DNA of 56,941 bases, the filler included, from Sphacelaria rigidula (taxonomy: Eukaryota): NCBI GenBank assembly GCA_964200075.2. It is 8 parts of 8 records of this genome, joined end to end, with 100 filler letters (N's around TTAATTAATTAA, not from the genome) between each part and the next. Parts side by side here need not be neighbours in the genome. Positions count along the whole stretch, not along the records: positions 35,652 to 42,681 come from CAXNAA020016868.1; positions 42,782 to 49,811 come from CAXNAA020016869.1; 6 more parts are not named here. The stretch is one strand, 5' to 3'. Numbering within the stretch: the first letter of the stretch is position 1; every line of letters begins with the position of its first letter. A program made the position numbers and the translations under genes. Shown here in pieces: positions 36,641 to 49,911 of the stretch. The notes below the pieces were generated by a model. That model ran no database searches. It was not told where the DNA came from and saw nothing but the letters and a program-made list of their open reading frames with translations.

Positions 36641-37380
36641 AAGCCGTTCCGAATCTCACGAACATGCTGTTACATGCAAGATACTTGACTTGCTGAACGG
36701 AGGAGGTTGATCCATATATTGAATGACTATCAACACAAGGCTGCCATGACGCTGAAAGCTCACGTCTGGATCGCGTAATACTACAGGTGAAGTTCCTAGA
36801 AACATCGTATCGCTCATGTACTGACACCTCAAAAATATCACCCATCCGTGTAGTCATTTTTGACCAGGGCCTGGGATGCGTGTAAACCGTGCAGTGGCTA
36901 TATACGAACCAAAAACAGACACGAAGTGAACCCCAGTTCAAACATTCAACGGGTAAAGCAACGCGGCGGGAGTAAAGCCTTGCTTGGTTGAGGAAGTTCC
37001 ATCGTAACTCAGTGACACTCTCACAGCCCATGTATTATTCTGTAATGATTTTGCATAGCACAACAGACCTAACGTAGCAAACTACTCACGCGCATAAACT
37101 GTCAGCCGCTATTGATCCGCCAACCACACGTGACCCTGCCCCTCGACACTTCGTACGTAGTCTGTGAAGACAGCGTTCAGGGCTTGTTCCCGATGGGGGT
37201 GCCGCGCAGGGTCTTTCTTCTTACAGCCTTCGCTCAACGTCAATACTTCTGCGTGAACACCAACCGACTCAGTCGACTATACACTTGTGTTCATGAGGTA
37301 TCCCTTGACAAAGAATCCAACTGCAACATAACCAAATCACAACATCTTCGACGACCGAACGTGAGCTGGCACCCGTGCGT

Positions 37381-40300
37381 TCATCCGTCGTCGTCGTCGG
37401 AGAAGTTGTCATCATTGAATCCTGCTCGTATCATGCCCATCGAGTACTGCGGTTTTTGCTCCGGCTTGTCATGCTGGTTGTACACAATCGCCTGTGATTG
37501 AGAGCAGCAAGTCATCGGATGGGACAGGACAGGGTGGGGTGGGATGGGATGGTGGGGAACGGGGCAGGGATCAGTGTCGTACATAATGCGAAGCAAGGTT
37601 GTGTGCGTAAGTGCTCAAATTTTGTCAAAAATATCAAAATATACAAGTTCTTGACGGGGGCGGCATAGATTGAACGTTCGGGCACCAGCACCCTCCCCGT
37701 TTCTAAGCAGGAACGTTAGTTTTCAGTCGCCTAGAACATGAAAAGTGTTGAGCTTTTTAATCACAGGATGGTCGGGCAGCGGGTAGTCGACCCGTCGACC
37801 TCCATCTCCCTGAAGGAAAGATACCAACTCCTGGTAGGTACTCATTAGATGAAAAAAAAATGTCACAAAAGATGCGACTACTAGAACACATCAATATCCT
37901 GATGCCATTATTTTGGTTGATATTGGATTCATTTTGGAATGCTTGACTGCTAGGACATTTGACGCACGTATTAGCTTCAAGACAGAAAATTCCACGACCG
38001 CGTGTCTTGGACGCTGCGCGTCGCCTCACTGAAGGGGATCTAGCCCACTCATCAATTTACCTCAACTTCGATGTTTAGAAAACGGCCCCTTAAAAGAAGT
38101 CTCGCCAAAAACGAAAGACGTAGATTCTGCGGTGATATTTGCAAACGCTTCGCATCTTCTCATTTCCAGTAGTTTTTAGTTTGCTCCCACACCGCTTTCA
38201 GATATCGGAGTCGAGAGAGTCGGACAAGTATGCCAGGCCCCTCTCAGTAGAATGATACATAGTGTTTTGGGGACTAACAACGGTGTCAAATGACCCAAAA
38301 ATGAAGGTAAAAAAAAGCAACCTCGAACAAATACAATTACAATCCTCACGACGGATGGCCTACACACGTCCACTCGCACGCGTTGGGGTTGCCTCCTCCG
38401 TAGTGATTCCGGGAAGTCGAGGAAAGCTGACGTTCCGCCACCTCGGATCGTTGTCCATTTGGTCACACCCGCACCCCTCGTCTGACGGTTGTGGGTGGTA
38501 GCCTTAGGAAACCAAGAAGGATGGAGCTGAAGCCACCCTGAAATCAAGCAGCTTTTGGAACCACACCATGCTTCAGTACATCTTCGAATCGAAGTGAAGC
38601 CAATTATGGACTTCGTCACACTAAACAGATGAAGGAGGCGTTGGCAGACATCATCCTGAAACCAAGTTGTTCTTGATACCACACTGAAACCGATCATGTA
38701 CAGTAGTGCTGCCATGATGAACCCAAGGAGCGAAGGAGTGGTTCGACACTTTAAATTCAGGCGGAAACCAAGACAGTTTTGAATCACGCTCTTCAAGATA
38801 TAGGGCACCAACGGGTAACGAAGTATGAACAGGGAGAGTAGGGGGTATGTTTCACATATCGGAAAACCTAAGCATGGACGGTATTTACTCCATCCTCCAA
38901 CCTCTCCGACACAAAATGCGAAAGGTCAACGTTAACGCCCTGGGCGTTCAAGTTCTAGTCCACGGGTCTCTATGGTACCGAAGCTCATCCTTCAAAGTAC
39001 AATATGGCGGCTCCATGAAACAATGCACGCCTACTTCTTTTGTAAACTCAGCGCGATCATATTGCAGGTTGCCGTTCCTAGCGGTATCTCCACGTACATA
39101 CAGCAAGTTTACATGGCGGTGCCGGAAAAGAGGGTCGGGTACGTGTACCTATCAGTAGTTCTTCATGAAGAAATGAGTGCGCGCCTGTGTGTGTCAAGCC
39201 AGGGATGCTGAAATACTTGAAACTGACACAAACTCGTGCGTAATACCGCAATACCCGCGTTGTCCCACACGACGCGAAGAATCTCTCCGACATGGAATAA
39301 AAGCAACCCTCCCTTTCTTTCAAGGTAATATTACGTATGCCACGTGCCACTCGAGTGAAGACAAAACAGAGAAAGAGGAAGGATAAATGAACGCTGTCAG
39401 TACCTTGGCAAGAGCGAGCTCTCGGGCGAGAGCGGACACTGGCCATTCGTCCAACTTGTCGGCCGGCAGTCCGGCAGTTAACCCCTCGAATCCGATGATG
39501 TGGTGGACGGCCACTCCATCGTTGAAGCAAACCACGGTTGGCAGGATTTTCACCTGACCGGCGAAGGAGGGATGGGTGATATTTTCTCCTTGTTGTCCTT
39601 CTGTACAACTATTTCAGCCCCATCGCCCCCCCCCCGCCCCAAACAAAACCATGGACACAACACTCGTATTATGACCCCCGTGGGACTGGAGTGGACTAAC
39701 CCTTGTGAGGCTGGAGTGGACTAACTGGGGGCGTGAGGGTCTTTTGTGAACCGGCATCATCTTCACGTGAATACGACTGAAATGGTGCCGATTCACAGAT
39801 GGCCACTGCGTGCAAACCAGCTCCCCACCCCTGGTTAGTGGGAGTGCGGTCCTAAAGGGGTTGAGTCATGATTCACAAGCGCCTCGCGCAAACTCAATCA
39901 TGACTTCATCAAGGCCTCCCGGACGAACTTTTGATTACAACTCTGGTTCGTCTTCATAACTCTCATACCTACCCCGTATCCTGGATGGCGATAGGTAAGT
40001 GTTACAGTAAGGCGATCTTGAGTAAAATACGATCGTGCGCACTAAGTTACTACATGCACACTACATGCATCACCGATAAATGCACTGACCCCTCGCGGAA
40101 ACCTAATGTTTACAAGGACGGTTCATCCGCGAGAAACGCACGAGTCGTAGCTACCATGCTTTGCGTAGGTCAACATTAGACCGGGCCACCTACTTTACTG
40201 TACTGTCATTGTACAAGTTTTGGGCATAGCTGTTATGCCACGCACCACTCCAGTTATTCTACACGCGCCTAGCGAGTGCGAAACTTATTGGTATAATAAT

Positions 40301-42236
40301 ATATTGATGGATTATAGCACATTGACATCAAGTCACCCGCGACGAATCCAGCCATGGTCACAACATACAAGACGTACTCAACGTTAATACGCGGAAACAG
40401 TCACTGGAGGAACCGAGGAGGGGGTGGAGTGGAGGGAGGGGGGGGGGGGGCGACAAACAGGAAAAATAAGACAAAAAAACAAAACAGAACAAAACAAGCA
40501 ACCACCTCTTAGTCATGAAGCAGACCAGCAGTATCGGAGTGGTCAAACACGCACACACTAGAGGCCGACAAATACAGAACACAAGGCGAAATAACGGGAA
40601 CTCCATATAAATGAGCACACACACACACACACACACACGCACATCCACACATTTACCTGTAGCTTCTCGACGAAAAACGGAGCTTTCTCCGCGTCGATCC
40701 TGAGAAACTTGCTCTCCAAATGCCTAGGGGCCAGCTCGCCAAGTCGCAAGTCCATCACCTTACACCTAGGTATTTTTCAAAACGGATCGCACGCCTGGCT
40801 GCTCAGTGTAAGATCTAGGATTAGGTAGCAGATGCGAGCCTTGCGCCCAAAAGAAACGCGTCTGAGGGTGGATCCCCATCGAGGCTGCACCGCCGCTCCA
40901 CTGAACCGTTGCGTATACAGACAAGCAGGGTCCCACATATGTTGTGACGGCACAAGCAATATGTGGTTCTACATTCGAAAAACGATCAGCTTCCTATCAT
41001 GTGCAGATACACAACTTGAGGGCAGTAGCATAGGTGCGAGCCGCATCGCTAGGAAAACTCTAGCGTGAAAAATACTGCTCGAGAGCGTCTGCGAAGCGTT
41101 GTCAACTTTTCAAGAAAACTCGCAACTTTAACTCTTTATGCAGCTTTCCGCGCGCCGCGCAATACCCGCGGTGAGGTCACACGAGAGGACTTTTCATCGA
41201 CAGATCCTCAACCACAATCCGGGCGATTCTTTTCATGGGTTGTGACAGCAATCTGTGGGAGGGGTCGAGTGCGCCCTGGTATCCGGTCCCAGCACTTCGT
41301 CGCCAAAAACCTTCGTCGTTCCGGTCTGCTTGCTTATTTCACCTCGCAAAGTCCTTGTGGAAGAAGTGCACGATGACCTTTTCGCTAGACGTAACTTCCG
41401 GAAGAAACTCGTCTTGAACAATGTCGCGGTACTGCAAATGACAACACGCAGCGCCGATCAACGGCGGAGCAAAGGGGGAAACGGCATCATTTGCTTGATG
41501 CGAAGAATATCTGAATCGATTAGCGGGACGGGGATGCAGAGGGATGGGGGTGAGCAGGGGGGGGCGCAGAGATAATGATTACCCGTACCATCGTGCACAC
41601 CACAGTCATGGGAGTATTCCAGGGAGCAATGACGTTGAACACGGGGAATACTAATGGTACGCTTTTGACATGCCGAACAGGGACATATGGAGCACGACCA
41701 TACGTCAGAAACAAGAACAAAAAACATGTGTTCCAAGTATCATTGCAGTATGTACATGTGTGCGCTGAGGCTTCAAGAGCAATTTTTTGAAACATGTCTA
41801 CGTGATTGACAAAAATAACAAACGCATTTGTCACGGAGGGCAAAGCATGCTCGTGCGAGACCGGATGCCGATTCGGCTTCCCCCTACCAATGATGCGTGC
41901 GCGTAGGGCAGCAGCAGGGTAGGCGACAAGGTCCTCTAGCGCCAGTGGCAACTGCACTTGCTCAAGAACTGCCGATATGGCGTCGTCCTGGGGAGGGGAT
42001 AGGGAGAGACCAAGGGAAGGTCGGGCACTATTGAAACATGCAACACTTGTCATCAACTCACCACCGTGCTCAGCAGCATTGCAGCTGGGGGACGTCGACG
42101 CCAAAAAGGCGTTCGCTCGACGGACCACGGACAAGACGAAAACACACACCTGGCCGTGTCCCTTGGCTATGTTCTCGGCTCGCGCCTCGTAGACACGCTT
42201 CATTTCGCGCATGCGGGTGTCTCGTATCCGCCGAAT
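37381..42236 (-). CDS. TXNDC9: Thioredoxin domain-containing protein 9 / phosducin-like protein 3 (5'-partial; exons 42236-42150, 41431-41343, 40765-40657, 39553-39404, 37491-37381)
   Basis: Phase-compatible GT-AG exons give IRRIRDTRMREMK...KGHGQ|YRDIVQDEFLPEVTSSEKVIVHFFHKDFAR|CKVMDLRLGELAPRHLESKFLRIDAEKAPFFVEKLQ|VKILPTVVCFNDGVAVHHIIGFEGL...|AIVY...FSDDDDG*, the PhLP3 signature. Confidence 0.93.
39672..39864. mobile_element. Degenerate relative of the piggyBac-type element at 12842
   Basis: Shares AAATGRTGCCGATTCACA; internal palindrome TGTGAACCGGCATCAT / ATGGTGCCGATTCACA; decayed CCC...GGG ends. Confidence 0.5.
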
Positions 42237-42315
42237 CTGTCGTGGGTACAACAAGGCACAACAAGGTGTGCGTTTTATCGCGAGCGAGCGAGCCGGGTGG
42301 GCAAGGAGGCGGGTT

Positions 42316-42381
42316 GTTATTCTCTGTTGCTGGCCCTAGTTATTTAACCATTGGCCAAGCATCCCTTCCGAGACGGAGCAC
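42316..42381 (-). mobile_element. Structured short interspersed element, subfamily B (diverged)
   Basis: TGTTGCTGGCCCTAGTTATTTAACCATTGGCCAAGCATCCCTTCCGAGACGGAGCAC. Confidence 0.75.
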
Positions 42382-42530
42382 TGTCCCTACTCCGAATAGA
42401 GACGTCTCCAACTTTTGGGTGCTCATTGCGTTTCGTCCATGTCCTACACAAAAATATCTTACATATCTTATCCTCTTCCTGTTTCGCCCCCTGTAGAGCA
42501 GGAGGGGGTACTCGCGGGGGGGAGGGGGGC

Positions 42531-42593
42531 GTACTCAGTTGTTGCTTGCCTTAGTCGTTTGACCATTTACCACGCATCACTTTCGAGACGGAG
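42531..42593 (-). mobile_element. Structured short interspersed element, subfamily B
   Basis: GTACTCAGTTGTTGCTTGCCTTAGTCGTTTGACCATTTACCACGCATCACTTTCGAGACGGAG between two GGGGGGAGGGGGG tracts. Confidence 0.8.
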
Positions 42594-42681
42594 GGGGGGA
42601 GGGGGGGGGGGCGAGCCTATTTGTTGGTTGTCCGCGTATTTTGAAAAATAAACCCGCACACCTTCCGAGAACGGGAGAGCG

Positions 42682-42781
42682 NNNNNNNNNNNNNNNNNNN
42701 NNNNNNNNNNNNNNNNNNNNNNNNNTTAATTAATTAANNNNNNNNNNNNNNNNNNNNNNNNNNNNNNNNNNNNNNNNNNNN
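42682..42781. other. Artificial contig linker
   Basis: N-TTAATTAATTAA-N, 100 nt. Confidence 0.98.
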
Positions 42782-43062
42782 CTGTGCTATGTTTTGTGTT
42801 ATTTGCTTGGTGTGGTTTATGTACTGTACCTAGGGGGGAGATGGAAAGAAGGGGGTCAGGGTAGTTGGATTCAGATCTGCACGGGAATTTTGCGGGGGAA
42901 CTATTTGTTCCTGTCCGTGTTGTTGGTTATTGATTTTTCCATTGCGGCTGTTGTTGTTGTAGCTGCACGGGCGGATTCCAACACATGCCCCTCTCGCAAA
43001 CGGTAGAGTATTCCCTAACAAGAAATGGCCCCACCTTCCGATTTTGATGAACGCGCGCACAG

Positions 43063-44892
43063 GTGCTCAACCCAAGATCACGGACTTTGACATCGTACGA
43101 CGAGTCGCTCCGCAAATCTCGATTTCGGGAAGCCCTCGACCGAAGCCTTGAGGTCGGCAACTCGGCCGTCATTGCCGCCTTGCTGGACAACCTGATGGAC
43201 CGTGGGGGCAACGCTCTACAGATGGCGTTGTCGGGACGGGATGAGGCGGGGCTTGCCCCCGTGCTCAAGTACATCACAAAGTGAGTGCCTCTGTTGGGTT
43301 GGTAGCGATGCGGGTGGCACCAGGTCGTTGTATGGTACAGTGGTGCTTGCCACGCTTTTCAAGTTTCCAACAGGTTGCCTTTTTATGTCGCGGGTTGGGT
43401 GGTGTTGTCCGTTTGTCCACCGCGGGTAGGAGTAGCGATCTTGGTCGTGGAGTGAATGAAAAATTTGCGTGAGCCGTTTGAGGTGTTGATGGCGGAAAAG
43501 GAGAATCGAGAGGGGCTGACGGCGAAACGAACAACACTCCGGGAAGCCCCGAGAACGAAAACGGAAGAAATACCTGGGGTATGGTTAATCACAGAGAAAT
43601 TTCCCCGAAGAAATACTGCTCTCTGGGGCGTCGCAGTCCAGGAAAATGCTTCGCTCTGGTCCATTACAATCCGGGTAAACGGAGCAATTGTGGAAAATGA
43701 CAGGTGCCTGCAGGGAAGCCGTTCGAGAACAACGATGATTCGCGAAAGACTTTCACCCATTTTTCCAGTTGCCTTGCGAAGTTTGTAAAAATCAGAGTTG
43801 GCAAAGTGATCTATGTGATGGAACATGATGGGCTGTGCGAGTGGGCATAATTCAATTCTCGAGAATAAGGTGTGAAGAGAGTACTGGGAGAGGGGTGGGT
43901 TGATCCTTGGAGAATTGGGGGGGGATGGAGTAGGACAACAAGGACAACACTTGGAAAATACACGGACCCCGACTGCAAGAGCTGTTCGATAGTGACAATA
44001 AACGCGTGCAATATATCTGACAAAGCAACGTTGACAACGTGCGGCAATTCTACCCTACAGGTATCTGACAAACCCTCGGCATACGCACCAGCTGCTCAGG
44101 GTGACGGAATGCGTGTTGGATATATACGGGGACGTCGCGAGCCGCTCCCCGGGTGCGCTGGCCCTCCTATCCAAGCTCCGAAGAAAGGTTCGGCCTTTCC
44201 ATTGAGATTGTCCTGCTTGTCGTCGAATTTATATCCAGCAGCGAGTCTACCATCGCTTCGTCCTTCAGCTCTATTTAGCTGCACAGGTAGATGCACATAC
44301 ATGACTAGAGTGTGGGTTTTTCGTTTCTCTCGTGAAATACATTATTCTATTTGTAGAGTGCGCTCACCCTAACCTCATTCCTCTCTTCTCGCTCTCAATG
44401 AATAAAAGAAGGCAGAAGAATATAAAAGAAAATGTCGAAATACCGCAAATGCGGTTCGGCGTCTTGGTAGTAAGAACAAGTTTGGTCCAGTCGACCTGAT
44501 CTGATGGTATGTCCGAATCTCACATTCGTGGAGACATGTCGTGGCATCTTTTGGAGGATCTCGCAAGTGGTGTATCGTGATGCAAGAGTGAGATCAGGGT
44601 GTAGATTATCCAATTTCAGTGATATCTCTCTGTATGCTTTTGTTCAAACATTTACTTCGCTTCATTGTGCGCCTTTTTGCCATCATCCAACTTTCTCCTC
44701 GTTTTCGTTATTTCGAATATCGTGCCCTCTTGCGTGTGTGGCATGCTGCTGCAGGTGCAGACGGAGGTCGGGTTTCAACGAGACATGCTATCGATGCTTG
44801 GTGCCATGGACGGGGTTGTGTGCGCAGCAGGAGGGGCAGCGCAGGGAGCAACCCGCGATGTAGACGCAGCGGCTATGCCTGCCGTGCTGTAA
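43063..44892 (+). CDS. UTP15: U3 snoRNA-associated protein 15, C-terminal domain (exons 43063-43280, 44061-44187, 44755-44892)
   Basis: Phase-compatible exons give LTSYDESLRKSRFREALDRSL...LQMALSGRDEAGLAPVLKYITK|YLTNPRHTHQLLRVTECVLDIYGDVASRSPGALALLSKLRRK|VQTEVGFQRDMLSMLGAMDGVV...*, matching UTP15_C motifs YD..LRK.R..EALD, AL.GRDE..L.P and PR...LDIY. Confidence 0.92.
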
Positions 44893-45135
44893 GGAGTGTA
44901 GGGGTGTCGTGCGCCTGGGGTTTGTTCTCACTAGGGGGTAGAGTGGAGACGCTGATCACGACCCCTACACTTGTAATGAACAGTCTGGTCCGGTTTGATT
45001 GCGGAGCATTATTACTAAACGAAGGTGTATCCAGTCGCCCATGAAGACCAATCCATTCCACGGAATGTCCTCGTCAGTTGCTTACACAAATTCGCCCTCT
45101 GTCCGATAAGGTAGGTGGACTATAGGGTGGCAGAT

Positions 45136-45365
45136 CATGTCTCCCCAACAGAGGTGCTGACGATGACATGACGCGGACGATGCTAACTGTAACAAGAAAG
45201 GGGGCTACATTACTATACAAAGCATTAGGTCAAAGCATACGTCATTTGCACATGTCTCCCCAACAGAGGTGCTGACGATGACATGACGCGGACGATGCTA
45301 ACTGTAACAAGAAAGGGGGCTACATTACTATACAAAGCATTAGGTCAAAGCATACGTCATTTGCA
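45136..45365. repeat. Exact 115-bp tandem duplication
   Basis: 45136-45250 is repeated at 45251-45365 (CATGTCTCCCCAACAG...CGTCATTTGCA). Confidence 0.92.
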
Positions 45366-48344
45366 CTTTCTGAGTGTTTTGGAAATTTGGGGACAGGTGT
45401 ATATGAGGGCATTCCGGGGTAAGGGCAGGGGGCGGGGACGTTGGGAAGGGTGGAAAGGTACGATGGGAAGGCCTTCGGAACAGCTTGGGTCTATCTAGCC
45501 TCAAACCCCAGTGACGAAGAGGACGCCTAATATTTCTGTCTTTTTTCCCGACGTGTTTCAGCGTCCGCAATAGGAGAGAAATTCGGCCGCGTTCGGGCTA
45601 ACTCGGTTTTTTCGGTCGTTCGAACGCATGCTAAAATTACCGTGGACAGAAAAAAAGGGTTTCAACCAAAGAAACGCTGGGAAGACTCGACGGAAAAATC
45701 GAAAAAAGAATCGGACACGGCAAAGGACCTGCACAAACATAGTTCGCCCAACCTGTTGGGCAAATTCCTTCGAGACCCTCAGAGCTGAAAAAGGCTGCTA
45801 CTGAACCGAAGTTCAAAAGTTGTCCTGTCCTGTCCTATGCGTCCGGACCTCATCACGAAGCTCCGAACCACGCACTTTCACCCCCGAATTGATTCGAAGC
45901 CGCGCTGCGCGAAAAAAATATCCCATCGCTCTTCTATAATCAATCGAGACGCCCTCAACAAGTATCAGCTTCATTGGTGCTCATGGCGTTGTGTTTCTGT
46001 GTCTGGGGGCACTCGAGAACACCCCAATTCGACCCCTGTTGACCAGAGCGAGTCTTGATTGAGTTTCTCAGACTTGACTATCGCAGCTTCAATCGAGACA
46101 TTTTTGGAGGTTAGAGGCATCACACGCAGCTACCGGCTCTCCGAATCACTCTAAACACCCTCAAGAAGAGCCGGTAGCTTTCTTCATTGTCTTCGCTTGT
46201 GCGTACTGACGCCGTCCGTGGCTGAGGTGGAGGGGGTGTTGAAGTACGTGATCGACCTCCCGCTTCATTCGCTCGTGAAGCTTCGTACAGGGATAAAGGA
46301 GAGAGCAACCACGAACCTGCCAGGAAATCGATTCCAACAAACATTAAGGTGAGTCCTCCCGTTAAACAGTGTAGAACTACAGACATTGCCGACAACACCG
46401 CTGCCGAGTCCGAGCTTTTTTGTGTGCAGAGTATGTGTACTTGTATCGTTGTACTTTCTATAGTGTATAGGAACCTAATAATGTGTTCGCGAGTACAGCC
46501 TGTATTTGCAACCTTGCACTACTGAACTGTCTGTACCTGCAGAGCTGCGCTTCGCACGGGGTTTGACAAGCGGATAATAAGTGTTGACGCCGTACCCTGG
46601 TGCGATGGTAATGTTTTATGCTGCACTGCGCTACTGTCTGTGTATATCATCGCAGGCGGTACTACTATACTACCCTACCCTCTGCCGTCGCTGTACTTGA
46701 AAGGCGATGAATGGCATTGCACTCGTGAACTCTTGTCGCACACTGTGCACTATTCTCACAATATCGACTGTATCGTCATGTATTACCACACGGCATAACC
46801 GTGTACCGTGATTGTGGAGTGTACTGCACTACATTAGACCCTAGCGTACCACGGTACGACGCTGCTCTTGAAAGATGATTCACTGCCTGTTTGTTCTTCG
46901 GCTTCATCGTGGCACTGCACCCCTGCAGAAAATGATCCTCCATGTACAGAACAATTTCAACAAATCTGAGTTTTGCGAGCCCCCTCGATATGGCACAGTT
47001 CGGGGTCCCATCAGATTCGGGATTGGCTGCCAAACAAGTTGGTCTAACGCCTCAGATTTAGAAAAAGTGGGCTCCGGAATATATAAAACGACGCGGAATC
47101 GGTCATAGTAGAAGATGTGGGTGGATTCTTATTTCTTCCTATTATTGGTATTTTTTCGCAAAAAGGAAGGCTAACACAGGAGTTTTTTTTAATAGATTGC
47201 CCTGTCTCTAGGGCGCTTCCAATTTCAATTTATTTCGGGGTTTGTGACGTTACGGTCTCGGATTTCGGCGGTGAAATCGGAGTGGTCTCGGCTGGGCCCT
47301 CCAACTCTAAAATGAAGATCTGCCCGTAACTCATTCATCTTGTATTTACACGTGGCATCTATCTTCCTACGGTAGGTAGTGGAGGGACTGGTGGACGCGT
47401 TTCATAACCAAAATGCTCAGGTATTGTAATGTAAATGCTTTGTTTTGTGTCTCATTCGAATCACGTGTTTCATGCTAATAATAAAAACTGCTTGTACTGC
47501 AGTATGGTTGAGTGCTGGCATTCCTTGACAAGGACTACGCTTCCCGCACCTCGTGTACAGTTCACAGCTCATGATAACCAGAGCATGTCGGTGCCGTTTA
47601 TATCATGCATATCCGTTTTTGAACTGGCACGGTATACGTTTTGGTACAGCACGCAGCATCGGCAGTACTAGACCAAAAACAAACTGGTTCGCCGCACCTC
47701 CAAGTGCAACAACGATGGACTCGCTGGCATCCCTACTGCGTGTTTTCGAATGAAGCGTGGTGAAACATAACGAGCAATACCGTCACGGGCTGCCACAGGG
47801 GATGACAACGCTGTAGTGCACAAGCGCGCTGGCACGATGTCGGCAACACGGAAAATCACGCACACGCTACGAGTAGCGCGCGTTTTGCTCGAAAATAACG
47901 CGCCCCGCGCGTTTAATATAATTCAGTGCGTTTTATTTACTTTAATGCAGAGGCTAGTTACCCTATGGGTGTGAAGGCGACACTGCGAACCACCCGCAGC
48001 ATGACGCCTGCGGCGGTACTACCTGCGCACTGCACAACGGCAGGGTGCAGGATGACAAGGTACACCGCAGGACGCGACATCCTTAGCCTATCCCTGTCCT
48101 GCATTGATTTCGCGTTGTCCTATGTAGTTCACCACATCATGAACACACCCGCTTCTATCGCGGCCAACGTGTACGCAGGATATCACGCCTCGCTACGCGC
48201 TATATTGCCACGTCACATTTTGTAAAGCTGCCCATGTTGCAGCTAAGGTGTGCGTTTGCCCCAGGTGGCGCACGCAAGAGTGAAAGGCCGCCTCAGCCGC
48301 TGTAATGGCTGCCCGTATCTTGAGCGAAGCTGTATGGTGACACA

Positions 48345-48425
48345 GCCGCGGCTGGTGCGCCCACATATACTGAAAGGTGGAGACCGGCGTCCAGAATAGA
48401 TGGGACGACAACACACACAGCACAC
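48345..48425 (+). mobile_element. tRNA-derived SINE, 3' fragment
   Basis: CGGCTGGTGCGCCCACATATACTGAAAGGTGGAGACCGGCGTCCAGAATAGATGGGACGACAACACACACAGCACAC. Confidence 0.8.
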
Positions 48426-49189
48426 TGACTTTGCGCAGTACACTTTCAAGAACGTCTTCGTACTGACTGTAGAAATCGTTTGTCCACGGTTGGGTCCATC
48501 TTCATACATAATGCAGGGTCTGGTACATCTCGACTTATAATGTAACGGAGGGTCTGGTACGTTTCCATCTGTACCTGTATGTAATGTTACTCGGCGATAT
48601 CGAGAAAAACCCCGCAACATCTGGGTGAATGGCAGGTGAGGCAATCGCCGAAATATTCAACTGCAAACTCTGCTCCAGTGCACTGTAAGTTGACATCGCT
48701 AGAAGAACACTACCATAACCACCTTCCCGGCTGCCAGACTGTCACAGACTGTCAGGACGTAGGATTCGCTAGCATTGCTACTGTCTGTATGGGGATGTTG
48801 CCCTCTTGTCAGGTACGTTTTGGAGGATGATACCAGATGAAGATCATCCTTCCTCGTACATGGGCACCAAACGCTGGGGGTCCTCACTCAAGACTTCAAT
48901 TTGGAGGATGATACTAGGCAGGCAGCGGCAACTGCTGTGTGTCCAGGTGTCCCTTGGAGCAGGATACGTTCGGTGTCTGTTTGACAAAGGTATTCCCAAA
49001 AAACCGAGATCGATAGGGGTTTCAGACTTGAAAAATCTAGCAAAAAATATATATTTCAAGAATCGGGTCGCAAAATCAGGTCGCAGAAATCCCGACGCAA
49101 AAACGGAGTCGCAAGAAAACAGTTAGTCGAATTTTTACCCGCAGCAGAAACCAACTTCACTTTGGGAAATTGGAATTTCTTTTGAGCAC

Positions 49190-49282
49190 TCCACCTCCCT
49201 TCTGCGGTGCTTGCCTTTCTTTATACCAAGAGAAGGGTTCAGCGATCCCTCCCCTCGTCGACCGTGAAGTCGAACTTTGTGC
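49190..49282 (-). mobile_element. tRNA-derived SINE, internal fragment
   Basis: CCTTCTGCGGTGCTTGCCTTT...GGGTTCAGC...CCCTCGTCGACCGTGAAGTCGAA matches about 26105-26195. Confidence 0.75.
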
Positions 49283-49691
49283 ACGGGAGCGCTGCCCGAG
49301 GTAAAAAAATCACTGTGGTTGACTTACTTCCCCTTCAAAACCGTGAATAGTTGTAAAAAATGTAACCCCTCACATTACCAGCTAAGAGACTTGTATTGCT
49401 CGAAAATGTCATTGAACGTAGTGAGCGATTCGGAAATCATCCATCTGTAGTAGGCAACAGCAGAGACTCTCCATTGATAGGGAGCGGAGGATGGGAACAA
49501 GTGAGCCAAGGCTGGCTGTAACCGGGGACGAGGGCGCAAAATCCTCCACGTCCGGAGCAAAAACCACCCCTGTCGTTGAATAGAATGCCTGTGGAGTTTG
49601 TGATCGCGGGTTATCATTTGTTATTGTTTTTCCAGATGAGGTATATATCTGCTGCATCACTTCGACGTGTAGTGTGCATGTACTGCATCAT

Positions 49692-49799
49692 GTAACAGCC
49701 GATTTTATATTTTGGGGTTCACACAAAATATGGGGCTGAAGTGGCATATAACAGCCGATCCTATTTTTTGGGGTTGAAACAAAATATGAGGTCGAAGTC
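49692..49799. repeat. Two-unit tandem repeat, about 57 bp
   Basis: TAACAGCCGAT...TTTTTGGGG...ACAAAATATG.GG..GAAGT twice; begins with the same TAACAGCCGAT as the 5166 foldback. Confidence 0.7.
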
Positions 49800-49811
49800 C
49801 CATCCCTTCAT

Positions 49812-49911
49812 NNNNNNNNNNNNNNNNNNNNNNNNNNNNNNNNNNNNNNNNNNNNTTAATTAATTAANNNNNNNNNNNNNNNNNNNNNNNNNNNNNNNNN
49901 NNNNNNNNNNN
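49812..49911. other. Artificial contig linker
   Basis: N-TTAATTAATTAA-N, 100 nt. Confidence 0.98.

Noticed and set aside
38176-38811. 211-aa ORF in a TXNDC9 intron
   Set aside because: No domain signature, and the flanking TXNDC9 exons join in frame without it.
41520-42254. 244-aa ORF as a complete gene
   Set aside because: Only 29 codons (42150-42236) are a TXNDC9 exon; the rest is intron read-through.
7076-49867. Regularly spaced TTAATTAATTAA as a biological array
   Set aside because: It is a synthetic six-frame stop linker embedded in Ns.
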